Shown piece by piece: positions 8,033 to 15,374 of a stretch of 24,000 bases of DNA. The notes under the pieces are model-generated. The model ran no database searches, was not told where the DNA came from, and saw only the letters and a program-made list of their open reading frames with translations. Location: contig CBFHTC010000001.1 in NCBI GenBank assembly GCA_965658815.1, positions 37,056-61,055 on the forward strand, given 5' to 3'. The stretch's first letter is position 1. Each line of letters starts with the position of its first letter. The translations under genes and the position numbers were made by a program. The stretch is from Rickettsiaceae bacterium (lineage in GTDB: Bacteria > Pseudomonadota > Alphaproteobacteria > Rickettsiales > Rickettsiaceae).

Positions 8033-9115
8033 TTAATTGTAAATTTTTTTTATTTTAACAATTTTAAATTTATTTTGCTTAATATCAAATTGATATTGGT
8101 ATTGACAATTTTTTAAATTTATACAAACATAATCATTATTAAATAAAAAAGAAGTAGAGGGAATACTATAATTTGAGTAACTACTAAAGATTCCTCGACT
8201 AATTAGCATATTTGAACGCCTACCTAATAGATCATCCTTAACAAGATTATTTAAAACTTGTACTAATGATAAAAAGCGATCTTTTTTATAATAAATACCA
8301 AAATTAAAATCATTATACACAATAAATAAGATATCATGATGTAAAACTATATTACGAACAGAGTTGTTTAGTAGAACTTTATCAATCAATTTACCGGAAG
8401 CTGTATCAAGAAGAATAAGATTATGGTTATTATCTTCTAATACGATATTATCTTTATCGCAATCAACAAAGCGAAAATATTGCTTTGAGTACAAAAAACC
8501 CAAGCTATTCAAAGAATATTGATCATAATAATCATTATTTTCCCATAAAATATTTTTTTTCATAAAGTCATAACTTATTAAAGCACCTTGAGACAAAGTA
8601 ATTAATATACTATGATCATTGATTTTCATTAATGAGTAATTACGAGAATTAAAGAGAATCTTACCAGGCTCAACATTGATATAAATAATTTCTTTATCAT
8701 ATTTTAATAAGTCTATCATATATACAGTTTCATAAATATCAATTACAAACATACGATCTTTAATAATAATTGGAGCATAAATAACATTAGAATCAAATGT
8801 AATATATCGAACAGTCTTCAGCGTATCTTTGTCTAAAACTTGAATAAAATTTGTACCATATGTTATATACAAGTATTGATCATCCAGAGCAAGAGATCCA
8901 TGATGTATTTTTTGACCTTTAAAATTACTTTTATTAGATGATAAAGTTTTTTTTTTTAATAAGTCATACTTTTTCACTTTTAAATCTTTTGTTAAAATAA
9001 ATAAATGATTACCTTTATGTAATTTAGCAACTTCTGTACCCGCTAAACAAATATTTTGCAACATTAAAAGTAAAATAAAGAACTTTCTTTTTATCATCAT
9101 CAGGGCATTTTCCAT
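8033..9115 (-). CDS. BamB-like PQQ-type beta-propeller protein (outer-membrane assembly factor candidate)
   Basis: N-terminal signal-like MMIKRKFFILLLMLQNICLAG, where the Cys context QNIC is not a canonical lipobox. Blade-like motifs recur (VLDKDTLKTVRYI, ISYDFMKKNILWEN, LILLDTASGKLIDKV). The gene sits directly downstream of a YfgM-like gene, as in the conserved proteobacterial yfgM-bamB pair. Confidence 0.5.
   Translation of the reverse strand: MENALMMIKRKFFILLLMLQNICLAGTEVAKLHKGNHLFILTKDLKVKKYDLLKKKTLSSNKSNFKGQKIHHGSLALDDQYLYITYGTNFIQVLDKDTLKTVRYITFDSNVIYAPIIIKDRMFVIDIYETVYMIDLLKYDKEIIYINVEPGKILFNSRNYSLMKINDHSILITLSQGALISYDFMKKNILWENNDYYDQYSLNSLGFLYSKQYFRFVDCDKDNIVLEDNNHNLILLDTASGKLIDKVLLNNSVRNIVLHHDILFIVYNDFNFGIYYKKDRFLSLVQVLNNLVKDDLLGRRSNMLISRGIFSSYSNYSIPSTSFLFNNDYVCINLKNCQYQYQFDIKQNKFKIVKIKKIYN
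8947..8957 (-). repeat. Homopolymer: T11 on + strand, A11 on the coding strand, inside the bamB-like CDS
   Basis: Counted directly. It encodes ..LLKKKTL.. (tta tta aaa aaa aaa act). Confidence 0.95.
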
Positions 9116-9140
9116 ATTATAATCAAAAAAGAATCTTTAA

Positions 9141-9752
9141 TCAATAAATTATAAAGTGATTTTTGTTTTTTTCAATATAATATTTTAAAGCTTCTATTTT
9201 TCTTTTGTCAATATTCATAAATAGTTTTTTGTTCTGTCGATTCATTAATGCTAAATAATTTACAGATTTCTCAGCTTCAATAAAATTATTTTTTTGTATC
9301 ATATAAACAACTTTTAAAAAACACATATCTAAGAAATATATATGTGCATCATCGATTTTATTTAAAATAATATCTAATTTGGCTGTATGATTTAAATTAT
9401 TTGCAATAATAAAATAAGCATACAAAAACTCACAACTCTCTAATAAAAATCTACTATTTTTTTTTGATAGCGTCAATTCTAATATTTTAATTTTATTATT
9501 AAGTTTATTATTTAAAATATTTAAAAGAATATCCAAATCCGTTAAACGACTATCAACCAAGTCTTTTTTTTCATTTTTTATATCCTCTTTGTATAAATGT
9601 TTTTTTATTAAAAAATCCGTGTACACATCGTTTCTTTTTTTTTTTTGAAATAAAACTGTAAATCCAAAAAAGATAAAGAAACATAATAAAAAACAAACAA
9701 CAAGATATTTATACCAATTATAATATCTTACAAGTAAAGAAGAAAAATTCAT
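9141..9752 (-). CDS. Single-pass membrane protein with a helical (TPR-like) domain, possibly YfgM-like
   Basis: N-terminal anchor YLVVCFLLCFFIFFGFTVLF followed by about 165 aa of helix-prone sequence. It lies immediately upstream of the bamB-like gene (25-nt gap) and 2 nt downstream of the mrp fusion. The assignment rests on architecture and synteny only. Confidence 0.3.
   Translation of the reverse strand: MNFSSLLVRYYNWYKYLVVCFLLCFFIFFGFTVLFQKKKRNDVYTDFLIKKHLYKEDIKNEKKDLVDSRLTDLDILLNILNNKLNNKIKILELTLSKKNSRFLLESCEFLYAYFIIANNLNHTAKLDIILNKIDDAHIYFLDMCFLKVVYMIQKNNFIEAEKSVNYLALMNRQNKKLFMNIDKRKIEALKYYIEKNKNHFIIY
9635..9646 (-). repeat. Homopolymer: T12 on + strand, A12 on the coding strand, inside the yfgM-like CDS
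   Basis: Counted directly. It encodes ..FQKKKRN.. (ttt caa aaa aaa aaa aga aac). Confidence 0.95.
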
Positions 9753-9754
9753 AG

Positions 9755-11179
9755 TTATTTATAATATTGCAACATTCTACTATAAAATAAAAATTTTTTC
9801 AAGCAATAGCGCAATATATTATCTTCATTACAATTTTTAAAAAATGTTAAAAAAGTCATAATAGAATCAGCATGATCTTGACTTATACAACTAATTTTTA
9901 AATATTTGTCATCATAATAGTAACTGATAGTTCCAGGAGTAAATGTTATGGAGTAAATCGCAATGCTGGTCCAATAGGATTGATATTTAAGTAACACTTC
10001 TTTTTCTACAACTTTGTACTGACTAGAAAAACAAATACGATACAAAGTAATAATTGAAATGAAAAGCTCTTTTATAATCCAAATAAAATATAAATAAAAA
10101 TAGATAGGTAAAGATACAAAAAATAAAATAACGATATAATAACTTATTTGACCCTCTATAATAGGTAAATAAAAATCAAACAGTAAAGCAAATAAAATCA
10201 AAAAATTAAATATATTTAATACTCTATTATAAATAGACAGATAGATTAAGTATAAAAGTATAAAAATATAAATATAAAAATATATTATTAATAATAATGG
10301 TAAAAATAAAAAGTAACTTACAATATCATTTAACCTAAGAAGACCAATATTACTAACTATATCATATTTGGTCTGAACCATATATGCAAAAGAAAATAAC
10401 ACTGCCATTAAGATACTTAATTCTACAAATTCAATTCCTAATTTTAAATTTGAAAAATACATCATATTCTTCTGTATAAGCTCTCCTGAAAATGCTACTA
10501 TTAGATATAACGACATACCTATATAATTAATATATTTATTATTCTTGATGCTTTGATAACTTAAAAAGAATAATATAAAAAATAAAATCGCAGCCGATTG
10601 AAAACCACCACCAGGAGCCAAATTACCATTTAGATGAATATAAAAAGCAATAGCAAAAGAGATAAACAAAATTACGCGGATAATATCTTGCATAGCTTTA
10701 TTCATATGAAAATTTAAATATATCTTAATATTATTAATTTTTATAATAGCAATAGATGCTAAAAAAATGACTAAAGTTTCACATAGGGTATCGAAACCTC
10801 TAAATGAAGCTAGAATTTCAGACACCATACAATTAATATTTGCATACTCAACATAGATTTTTGACTTTATATAACTTAAATCTTTTGGTAAATAAAGATA
10901 TATACAATAAGATAAGAGAAGCGAGATGACTATAATATATAAAACCTTAAATTCATATTCAAAATTTTTTTCTTTTTTTAAAATATAAAATAACAACAGA
11001 GAGTTAATTGAAACACTTACAGAGGCTTCGGTAATTGCAACATCATATGCATGAAGATATGTATATAAATACACTATCAACAAACTAACTAATGTTAAGT
11101 TTAAATAAAATAATTCTTTTGATCTCGTGTATAAAGAAATACAATATAGTATACAAATCAAAATCAAAAAAATCTTCAT
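9755..11179 (-). CDS. Mrp (CPA3) Na+/H+ antiporter subunit fusion: MrpA-C-terminal/DUF4040-like + MrpB (MnhB) + MrpE (MnhE)-like
   Basis: AYDVAITEASVSVSINS resembles DUF4040 'APDVALTEAAVG'. EILASFRGFDTLCETLVIFLA resembles MnhB 'RG.DTLGE'. NGNLAPGGGFQSAAI resembles MnhB 'PGGGFQ'. Near the C-terminus, SITFTPGTISYYYDDKYLKISCI resembles MnhE 'ITLTPGT'. The protein is 474 aa and highly hydrophobic throughout. Confidence 0.65.
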   Translation of the reverse strand: MKIFLILICILYCISLYTRSKELFYLNLTLVSLLIVYLYTYLHAYDVAITEASVSVSINSLLLFYILKKEKNFEYEFKVLYIIVISLLLSYCIYLYLPKDLSYIKSKIYVEYANINCMVSEILASFRGFDTLCETLVIFLASIAIIKINNIKIYLNFHMNKAMQDIIRVILFISFAIAFYIHLNGNLAPGGGFQSAAILFFILFFLSYQSIKNNKYINYIGMSLYLIVAFSGELIQKNMMYFSNLKLGIEFVELSILMAVLFSFAYMVQTKYDIVSNIGLLRLNDIVSYFLFLPLLLIIYFYIYIFILLYLIYLSIYNRVLNIFNFLILFALLFDFYLPIIEGQISYYIVILFFVSLPIYFYLYFIWIIKELFISIITLYRICFSSQYKVVEKEVLLKYQSYWTSIAIYSITFTPGTISYYYDDKYLKISCISQDHADSIMTFLTFFKNCNEDNILRYCLKKFLFYSRMLQYYK

Positions 11180-11199
11180 ATTGTTTGATATTTAAAAAG

Positions 11200-11228
11200 A
11201 TTATAATAACAAATTTATAAAAACTCAA
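11200..11228 (-). promoter_or_regulatory. Sigma70-like promoter candidate for the mrp-fusion / yfgM-like / bamB-like unit
   Basis: On the minus strand: TTGAGT (11228-11223), 17-nt spacer, TATAAT (11205-11200), 20 nt before the ATG at 11179. It lies in the 51-nt gap after the upstream membrane-protein gene. Confidence 0.35.
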
Positions 11229-11230
11229 GA

Positions 11231-12718
11231 TCAACTCTCTTTATTTTCAATTGGAGCATTATTGTTACCTAGACCATCTCTAGTAATTGCTTCCTTACTA
11301 GCCCCTTTATCACTCTGTGCCATGTTCTTATGTGCCATGTTCTTATGTGCCATGTTCTTATCTATGTGCACAGCCGCTATCGAGTTCAATTGATCAATCA
11401 ATCCAGGAATTTGAAGCATAAGCTTAGATGCATGATCCATAGTATTAACTCCAGTAAAGCCACTTAATTTTTCTATAAAAGATGAACATTGTGTCATATA
11501 AAAAATAATAATAAAGAAGTGTAACATTAATTGAAATACAAGATCATAGATATATAAAATAATATTTTTTATATCAGATAGAAGTTGGTTGTCACTAGTG
11601 AGGGGGTCTTGACCCATCATTTCACTAAAGATACTAGAAACGCCATTTAATATAAATAACATTATAATATATGTCAAATTATGTAAAAAGATAAATATGA
11701 GACAGCTAATAATTTTTTCAAATACTTTTTTTATTAAATCCTCATAATATCCTATCGTAGAGATAATAAACGCAACAGGCAAAAAATATATTGAAATAAA
11801 CATATAGACAAACGCCAATGAAACATTAACGATCAAAGCAATATTTAAAATAGGATACATTGTATTCATAATATCATAAGACGAAGATAAAATAAATAAA
11901 TCATGTGACCAAACTTCTCTTGATGAAAGAGATGAAAACGATGAAAATATACTCGATGATCCAAATAAAAAAATCTTCATCATCAGAAAGAAACCATCAA
12001 TCAAGAGATTAAAACCATTAAACTCTTCAAATATAACAATATATAATAATATTTTTTGCAAAAATAAACTAAAATATTTATTATAATTTATAGTTCCTTC
12101 TTCTTTTAATAAAGTCATCGGTAATCCTAATAAAATAAATACAATAACAAGTAAGAAAATAGCAATAGGTTTTAAGCGCTCTATGATTTTTTTAAAAGAA
12201 TATACTTTATCAGATCTTAATAAAGCATGTGTCTCAAGAAATTTATCTACCTCAAAAAAAGCGTTAACAATATTGTCAAAAATATTAAAACCCTCTCTAT
12301 AACCCTCTCTATTTTGAGTTTGATTACCTAGGGAAAGCTCTTTTGTTGCTAAAATATTATTTTTAAAATTACTAAAAGAGCTAACAGTCAAAATAACTTT
12401 ATGATACGAACTATCCACATATATATAAAAGATATTCTTAATTTGCTCACCCGTATGTTTATGAGAAATAGCAAATAATTTTGTTTCGTTAATAGGGATG
12501 TTTACTGATAAAGTATAATTAAATGATGGGATTTGAATATTAATGTTATCGCGACTATTGAAAGTAAAATCAATATTATCCGTTTTTATAGTGAAATCAT
12601 TGGTATTGTTTGATTCGAAGTAGTATATCTTATCCACTATTTGATTTAGATCATCGCTAGTAGAAACCTCTAATAACGCCGGGGATTGAAAAATAACATC
12701 AAAAACCAAAATAACCAC
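11231..12718 (-). CDS. Unassigned polytopic membrane protein. N-terminal soluble domain of about 190 aa, a core of about 6-7 TM segments, and a hydrophilic repeat-bearing tail. TrbL/VirB6-like is only a weak possibility.
   Basis: Long uninterrupted ORF of 495 codons in an AT-rich genome. Clear TM segments include IAIFLLVIVFILLGLPMTLL, MYPILNIALIVNVSLAFVYMFISIYFLPVAFII, IISCLIFIFLHNLTYIIMLFILNG and IILYIYDLVFQLMLHFFIIIFYM. The only start options are GTG 12718 or TTG shortly after, and the first Met is near residue 203. Stop is TGA. I recognised no diagnostic family motif with confidence. Confidence 0.6.
   Translation of the reverse strand: MVILVFDVIFQSPALLEVSTSDDLNQIVDKIYYFESNNTNDFTIKTDNIDFTFNSRDNINIQIPSFNYTLSVNIPINETKLFAISHKHTGEQIKNIFYIYVDSSYHKVILTVSSFSNFKNNILATKELSLGNQTQNREGYREGFNIFDNIVNAFFEVDKFLETHALLRSDKVYSFKKIIERLKPIAIFLLVIVFILLGLPMTLLKEEGTINYNKYFSLFLQKILLYIVIFEEFNGFNLLIDGFFLMMKIFLFGSSSIFSSFSSLSSREVWSHDLFILSSSYDIMNTMYPILNIALIVNVSLAFVYMFISIYFLPVAFIISTIGYYEDLIKKVFEKIISCLIFIFLHNLTYIIMLFILNGVSSIFSEMMGQDPLTSDNQLLSDIKNIILYIYDLVFQLMLHFFIIIFYMTQCSSFIEKLSGFTGVNTMDHASKLMLQIPGLIDQLNSIAAVHIDKNMAHKNMAHKNMAQSDKGASKEAITRDGLGNNNAPIENKES
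11321..11361 (-). repeat. In-frame 15-bp tandem repeat (catgttcttatgtgc on +): 2 full copies plus an 11-nt partial, with degenerate partial copies extending to about 11315..11369
   Basis: Units lie at 11321-11335, 11336-11350 and 11351-11361. On the coding strand they encode ..DKNMAHKNMAHKNMAQ.. (pentapeptide KNMAH x3) in the C-terminal tail of the 11231..12718 protein. Confidence 0.9.
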
Positions 12719-12787
12719 ACTTATATAGTATTCAATAACTTCATAAAATCAATATAATAAATTTTTTATTTATTTTTTTTATAACTC

Positions 12788-12816
12788 TTGATTATGAGTA
12801 ATATTTTTACTATAAT
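12788..12816 (+). promoter_or_regulatory. Sigma70-like promoter driving tRNA-CAU, and probably the ABC-trmD unit
   Basis: TTGATT (12788-12793), 17-nt spacer, TATAAT (12811-12816), 9 nt before the tRNA 5' end at 12826. Confidence 0.45.
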
Positions 12817-12825
12817 TTTCATCAA

Positions 12826-12897
12826 GGGCTTGTAGCTCAATGGTAGAGCAGTTCGCTCATAACGAATTGGCCGTAGGTTCGATTCCTACCAGGCCCA
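12826..12897 (+). tRNA. tRNA with anticodon CAU: elongator tRNA-Met or lysidine-modified tRNA-Ile2. CCA is not encoded.
   Basis: GGGCTTG TA GCTC AATGGTA GAGC A GTTCG CTCATAA CGAAT TGGCC GTAGG TTCGATT CCTAC CAGGCCC A. G1-C72 is paired and the anticodon stem lacks three consecutive G-C pairs, so it is not an initiator. The next bases are cat, not cca. Confidence 0.9.
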
Positions 12898-12915
12898 CAT
12901 AAAATAAGAAAAAAT

Positions 12916-14658
12916 ATGAAACAAAAATTTTATAAACGCCCTTTAAATATTATTTTATCTTCATTGTACTTAAATATATTTATTACTGTAGTAATTTTTA
13001 TTGCAATGATAAGTAAACAAATATTAAGCTACTATGTGACTATGCTTCAAAAAAAAATTATAAATATTTTTGAAATACAGGATTTAGTAACAAGAGCTAA
13101 TGATTTTTTTTATCTTACAGGATACTTTATATTATTTTTCACACTATTGATTTTGGTATATAATATTGAAAATACTTTTATTGATATTTTATCAATTCGT
13201 ACGAGTGTTTACGCTACAACAACAGCAATTAACAATGTACAAAAACAGGATTTTAATTATTTTTCTAAAAAAAGTGCCGGGTCTTTAAATGCATATTTAT
13301 CAGATTTAACAAATATCAAAGGTTTTATTAGATCTATCTTTTATACATTAAGCCAATTAGCATCAATTGCAGTATCAATTTATATAATATCTAAAATAAA
13401 TTTCAACTTAAGTATTTTTATCTCTTTTTGGTCTTTGATAACTACTACAATTTTTTATAGATTTAATATAGAGTATTCTAACTTATCAAAAAAGTTTTCT
13501 AAAGCAAGAACCAAAGTTAATGGATATTTTACTGATATCTGTAACCATTTTATTACCTTCCTGACATCAACAAACAAAGAAAAAGAAAAAAAATTTTTAG
13601 ATTCCATTACAGATGAAGTGTATGAAAAATACAATAAAATTATTAGATTAAATTTTTATAAAAGTGTTACGATCGCCTTATCTATGTTTACTTTAGTATT
13701 ATATATATTTTTAATATTTTTTTTCTATAAAATTGAAAAAGATATTCTTTCCATAGGTGATATAACCATAATTTTAGGTGTCGCAATAAAATTATTTTGG
13801 GATTTGTCAAGTTTAGCTAAACAAACCTCTGTATTTAGTGAAGAATATGGCTCACTCTTTCAATCTACAAAGCATTTATTTTGCTCAAACTCAGAAGATC
13901 AAGAGTTAAACAAAAAATTAATCATATCAGAATCTCCGGAAATTGAATTTAAATCAGTTTATTTTTCACATGAAGAAACAGATATATTTAAATCTATTTC
14001 CTTTAAAATTCATAAAGGAATGAAATTAGGAATAGTCGGCAAAACAGGATCAGGAAAAACAACTTTAACTTATTTATTATTAAAAATTCTATCTCCTCAA
14101 AAAGGTAAAATTTTAATTAACGGTAAATCAATTGATAGATTCTCAGCAGAATCCGTTAGAAATTCAATTGCTTTTGTAAGTCAAGACGTAGAAATCTTAT
14201 CAAGATCACTTAAAGATAATATGCTATTAAATGTATCAAATGAGTCTATATCAAAAGAAGAATTTAAACTTATTTCTGAAAAATCACTTTGTAGCGAATT
14301 TGCTTTAAGTCTTTCTGATAAATACGGAACTAAATTAGGAGATAAAGGTACTAAATTATCAGGAGGACAAAAGCAACGTGTATCAATTGCTAGAGCTCTT
14401 TTTAAAAAAGCATCTATTATTATATTTGATGAGGCCACATCAGCTCTTGATAATATTACCGAAAAAGCAATTCAAAACAATCTTGAAACCTCTTTTAAAA
14501 ATACTACCTCTATATTTATAGCTCATAGATTATCAACTTTAATTAATATGGATAAAATTATCGTTATTGATAAAGGAGAAATTGTCGAATACGGAACACA
14601 TCAAGAACTTATTAATAATAAAAAATACTATCATAAATTATGGACTCATAATGATTGA
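12916..14658 (+). CDS. ABC exporter, fused permease/ATPase half-transporter (MsbA/MdlB-like), all catalytic motifs intact
   Basis: N-terminal 6-TM domain. Walker A GIVGKTGSGKTTL, Q-loop AFVSQD, signature LSGGQKQRVSIARAL, Walker B IIIFDEATSALD and H-loop IFIAHRLST are all present. Length is 580 aa. Confidence 0.9.
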   Translation: MKQKFYKRPLNIILSSLYLNIFITVVIFIAMISKQILSYYVTMLQKKIINIFEIQDLVTRANDFFYLTGYFILFFTLLILVYNIENTFIDILSIRTSVYATTTAINNVQKQDFNYFSKKSAGSLNAYLSDLTNIKGFIRSIFYTLSQLASIAVSIYIISKINFNLSIFISFWSLITTTIFYRFNIEYSNLSKKFSKARTKVNGYFTDICNHFITFLTSTNKEKEKKFLDSITDEVYEKYNKIIRLNFYKSVTIALSMFTLVLYIFLIFFFYKIEKDILSIGDITIILGVAIKLFWDLSSLAKQTSVFSEEYGSLFQSTKHLFCSNSEDQELNKKLIISESPEIEFKSVYFSHEETDIFKSISFKIHKGMKLGIVGKTGSGKTTLTYLLLKILSPQKGKILINGKSIDRFSAESVRNSIAFVSQDVEILSRSLKDNMLLNVSNESISKEEFKLISEKSLCSEFALSLSDKYGTKLGDKGTKLSGGQKQRVSIARALFKKASIIIFDEATSALDNITEKAIQNNLETSFKNTTSIFIAHRLSTLINMDKIIVIDKGEIVEYGTHQELINNKKYYHKLWTHND

Positions 14659-15280
14659 ATTTAACATTATATCAATATTTCCTGAAACATTTACCTCATT
14701 TCTTGAAAATACTATTATTAAAAAAGCTATTCAGCAAAAATTATGTAAAGTAAATTTTATAGACTTAAAAAAATTTGGTCGATATATAGATGATAAACCT
14801 TATGGAGGAGGTAATGGAATGATTATTAAAGCCGATATTATAGCACAAGCAATAGATTTAATAAAAGATTATGACAAAATAATATATTTCTCACCTAGAG
14901 GCGAAGTATTACATCAAGAAATAGTTGAGAGTCATATAAATTTTAAAAAATATATTTTAATCTGCGGAAGATATGAAGGTATAGATCAAAGAGTTATAGA
15001 CGAATATAACATTGAAGAAATATCTATTGGAAACTTTGTCTTATCTTGTGGTGAAATACCAGCGATGTTATTTATAGATTCATTAATTAGATTGGTGCCA
15101 AATATAGTAGGAAAAAAAGAAAGCGTGGAAAATGATTCTTTTTCAAAAACATATAATAGAAAAATTGAATATCCCTTATACACTATGCCAAAAATATGGC
15201 GCGGTAGATCCGTTCCTGATGTTTTATTATCAGGACATCATAAAAATATTGAGTTATGGAAAAAAAGTAATTTTAAATAG
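14651..15280 (+). CDS. trmD: tRNA (guanine37-N1)-methyltransferase
   Basis: MIEFNIISIFPETFTSFL...DDKPYGGGNGMIIKADII...IYFSPRGEVL...ILICGRYEGIDQRVIDEY..EEISIGNFVLSCGEIPAMLFIDSLIRLVP...LLSGHHKNIELW are TrmD SPOUT-knot motifs. ATG 14651 aligns with the family N-terminus (M.I.IISLFPE). The track start at 14567 would add 28 aa inside the ABC gene. Confidence 0.9.
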   Translation: MIEFNIISIFPETFTSFLENTIIKKAIQQKLCKVNFIDLKKFGRYIDDKPYGGGNGMIIKADIIAQAIDLIKDYDKIIYFSPRGEVLHQEIVESHINFKKYILICGRYEGIDQRVIDEYNIEEISIGNFVLSCGEIPAMLFIDSLIRLVPNIVGKKESVENDSFSKTYNRKIEYPLYTMPKIWRGRSVPDVLLSGHHKNIELWKKSNFK

Positions 15281-15321
15281 CGAAATATAAGTAATATAGA
15301 TATTGTTAAAATAAAAAGATA

Positions 15322-15350
15322 TTGATTTTTTTCTAATTTTTTCTTATTAT
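15322..15350 (+). promoter_or_regulatory. Sigma70-like promoter candidate upstream of ileS
   Basis: TTGATT (15322-15327), 17-nt spacer, TATTAT (15345-15350), 24 nt before the ATG at 15375. The -10 is imperfect and the AT-rich background makes this weak. Confidence 0.3.
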
Positions 15351-15374
15351 ATAGAATAATCAATATATAAAATT

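Noticed and set aside
14567-14650. Upstream start for trmD (track ORF begins at 14567)
   Set aside because: It would add 28 aa translated from within the ABC gene's 3' end. The family N-terminus (M.I.IIS.FPE) aligns with the ATG at 14651.
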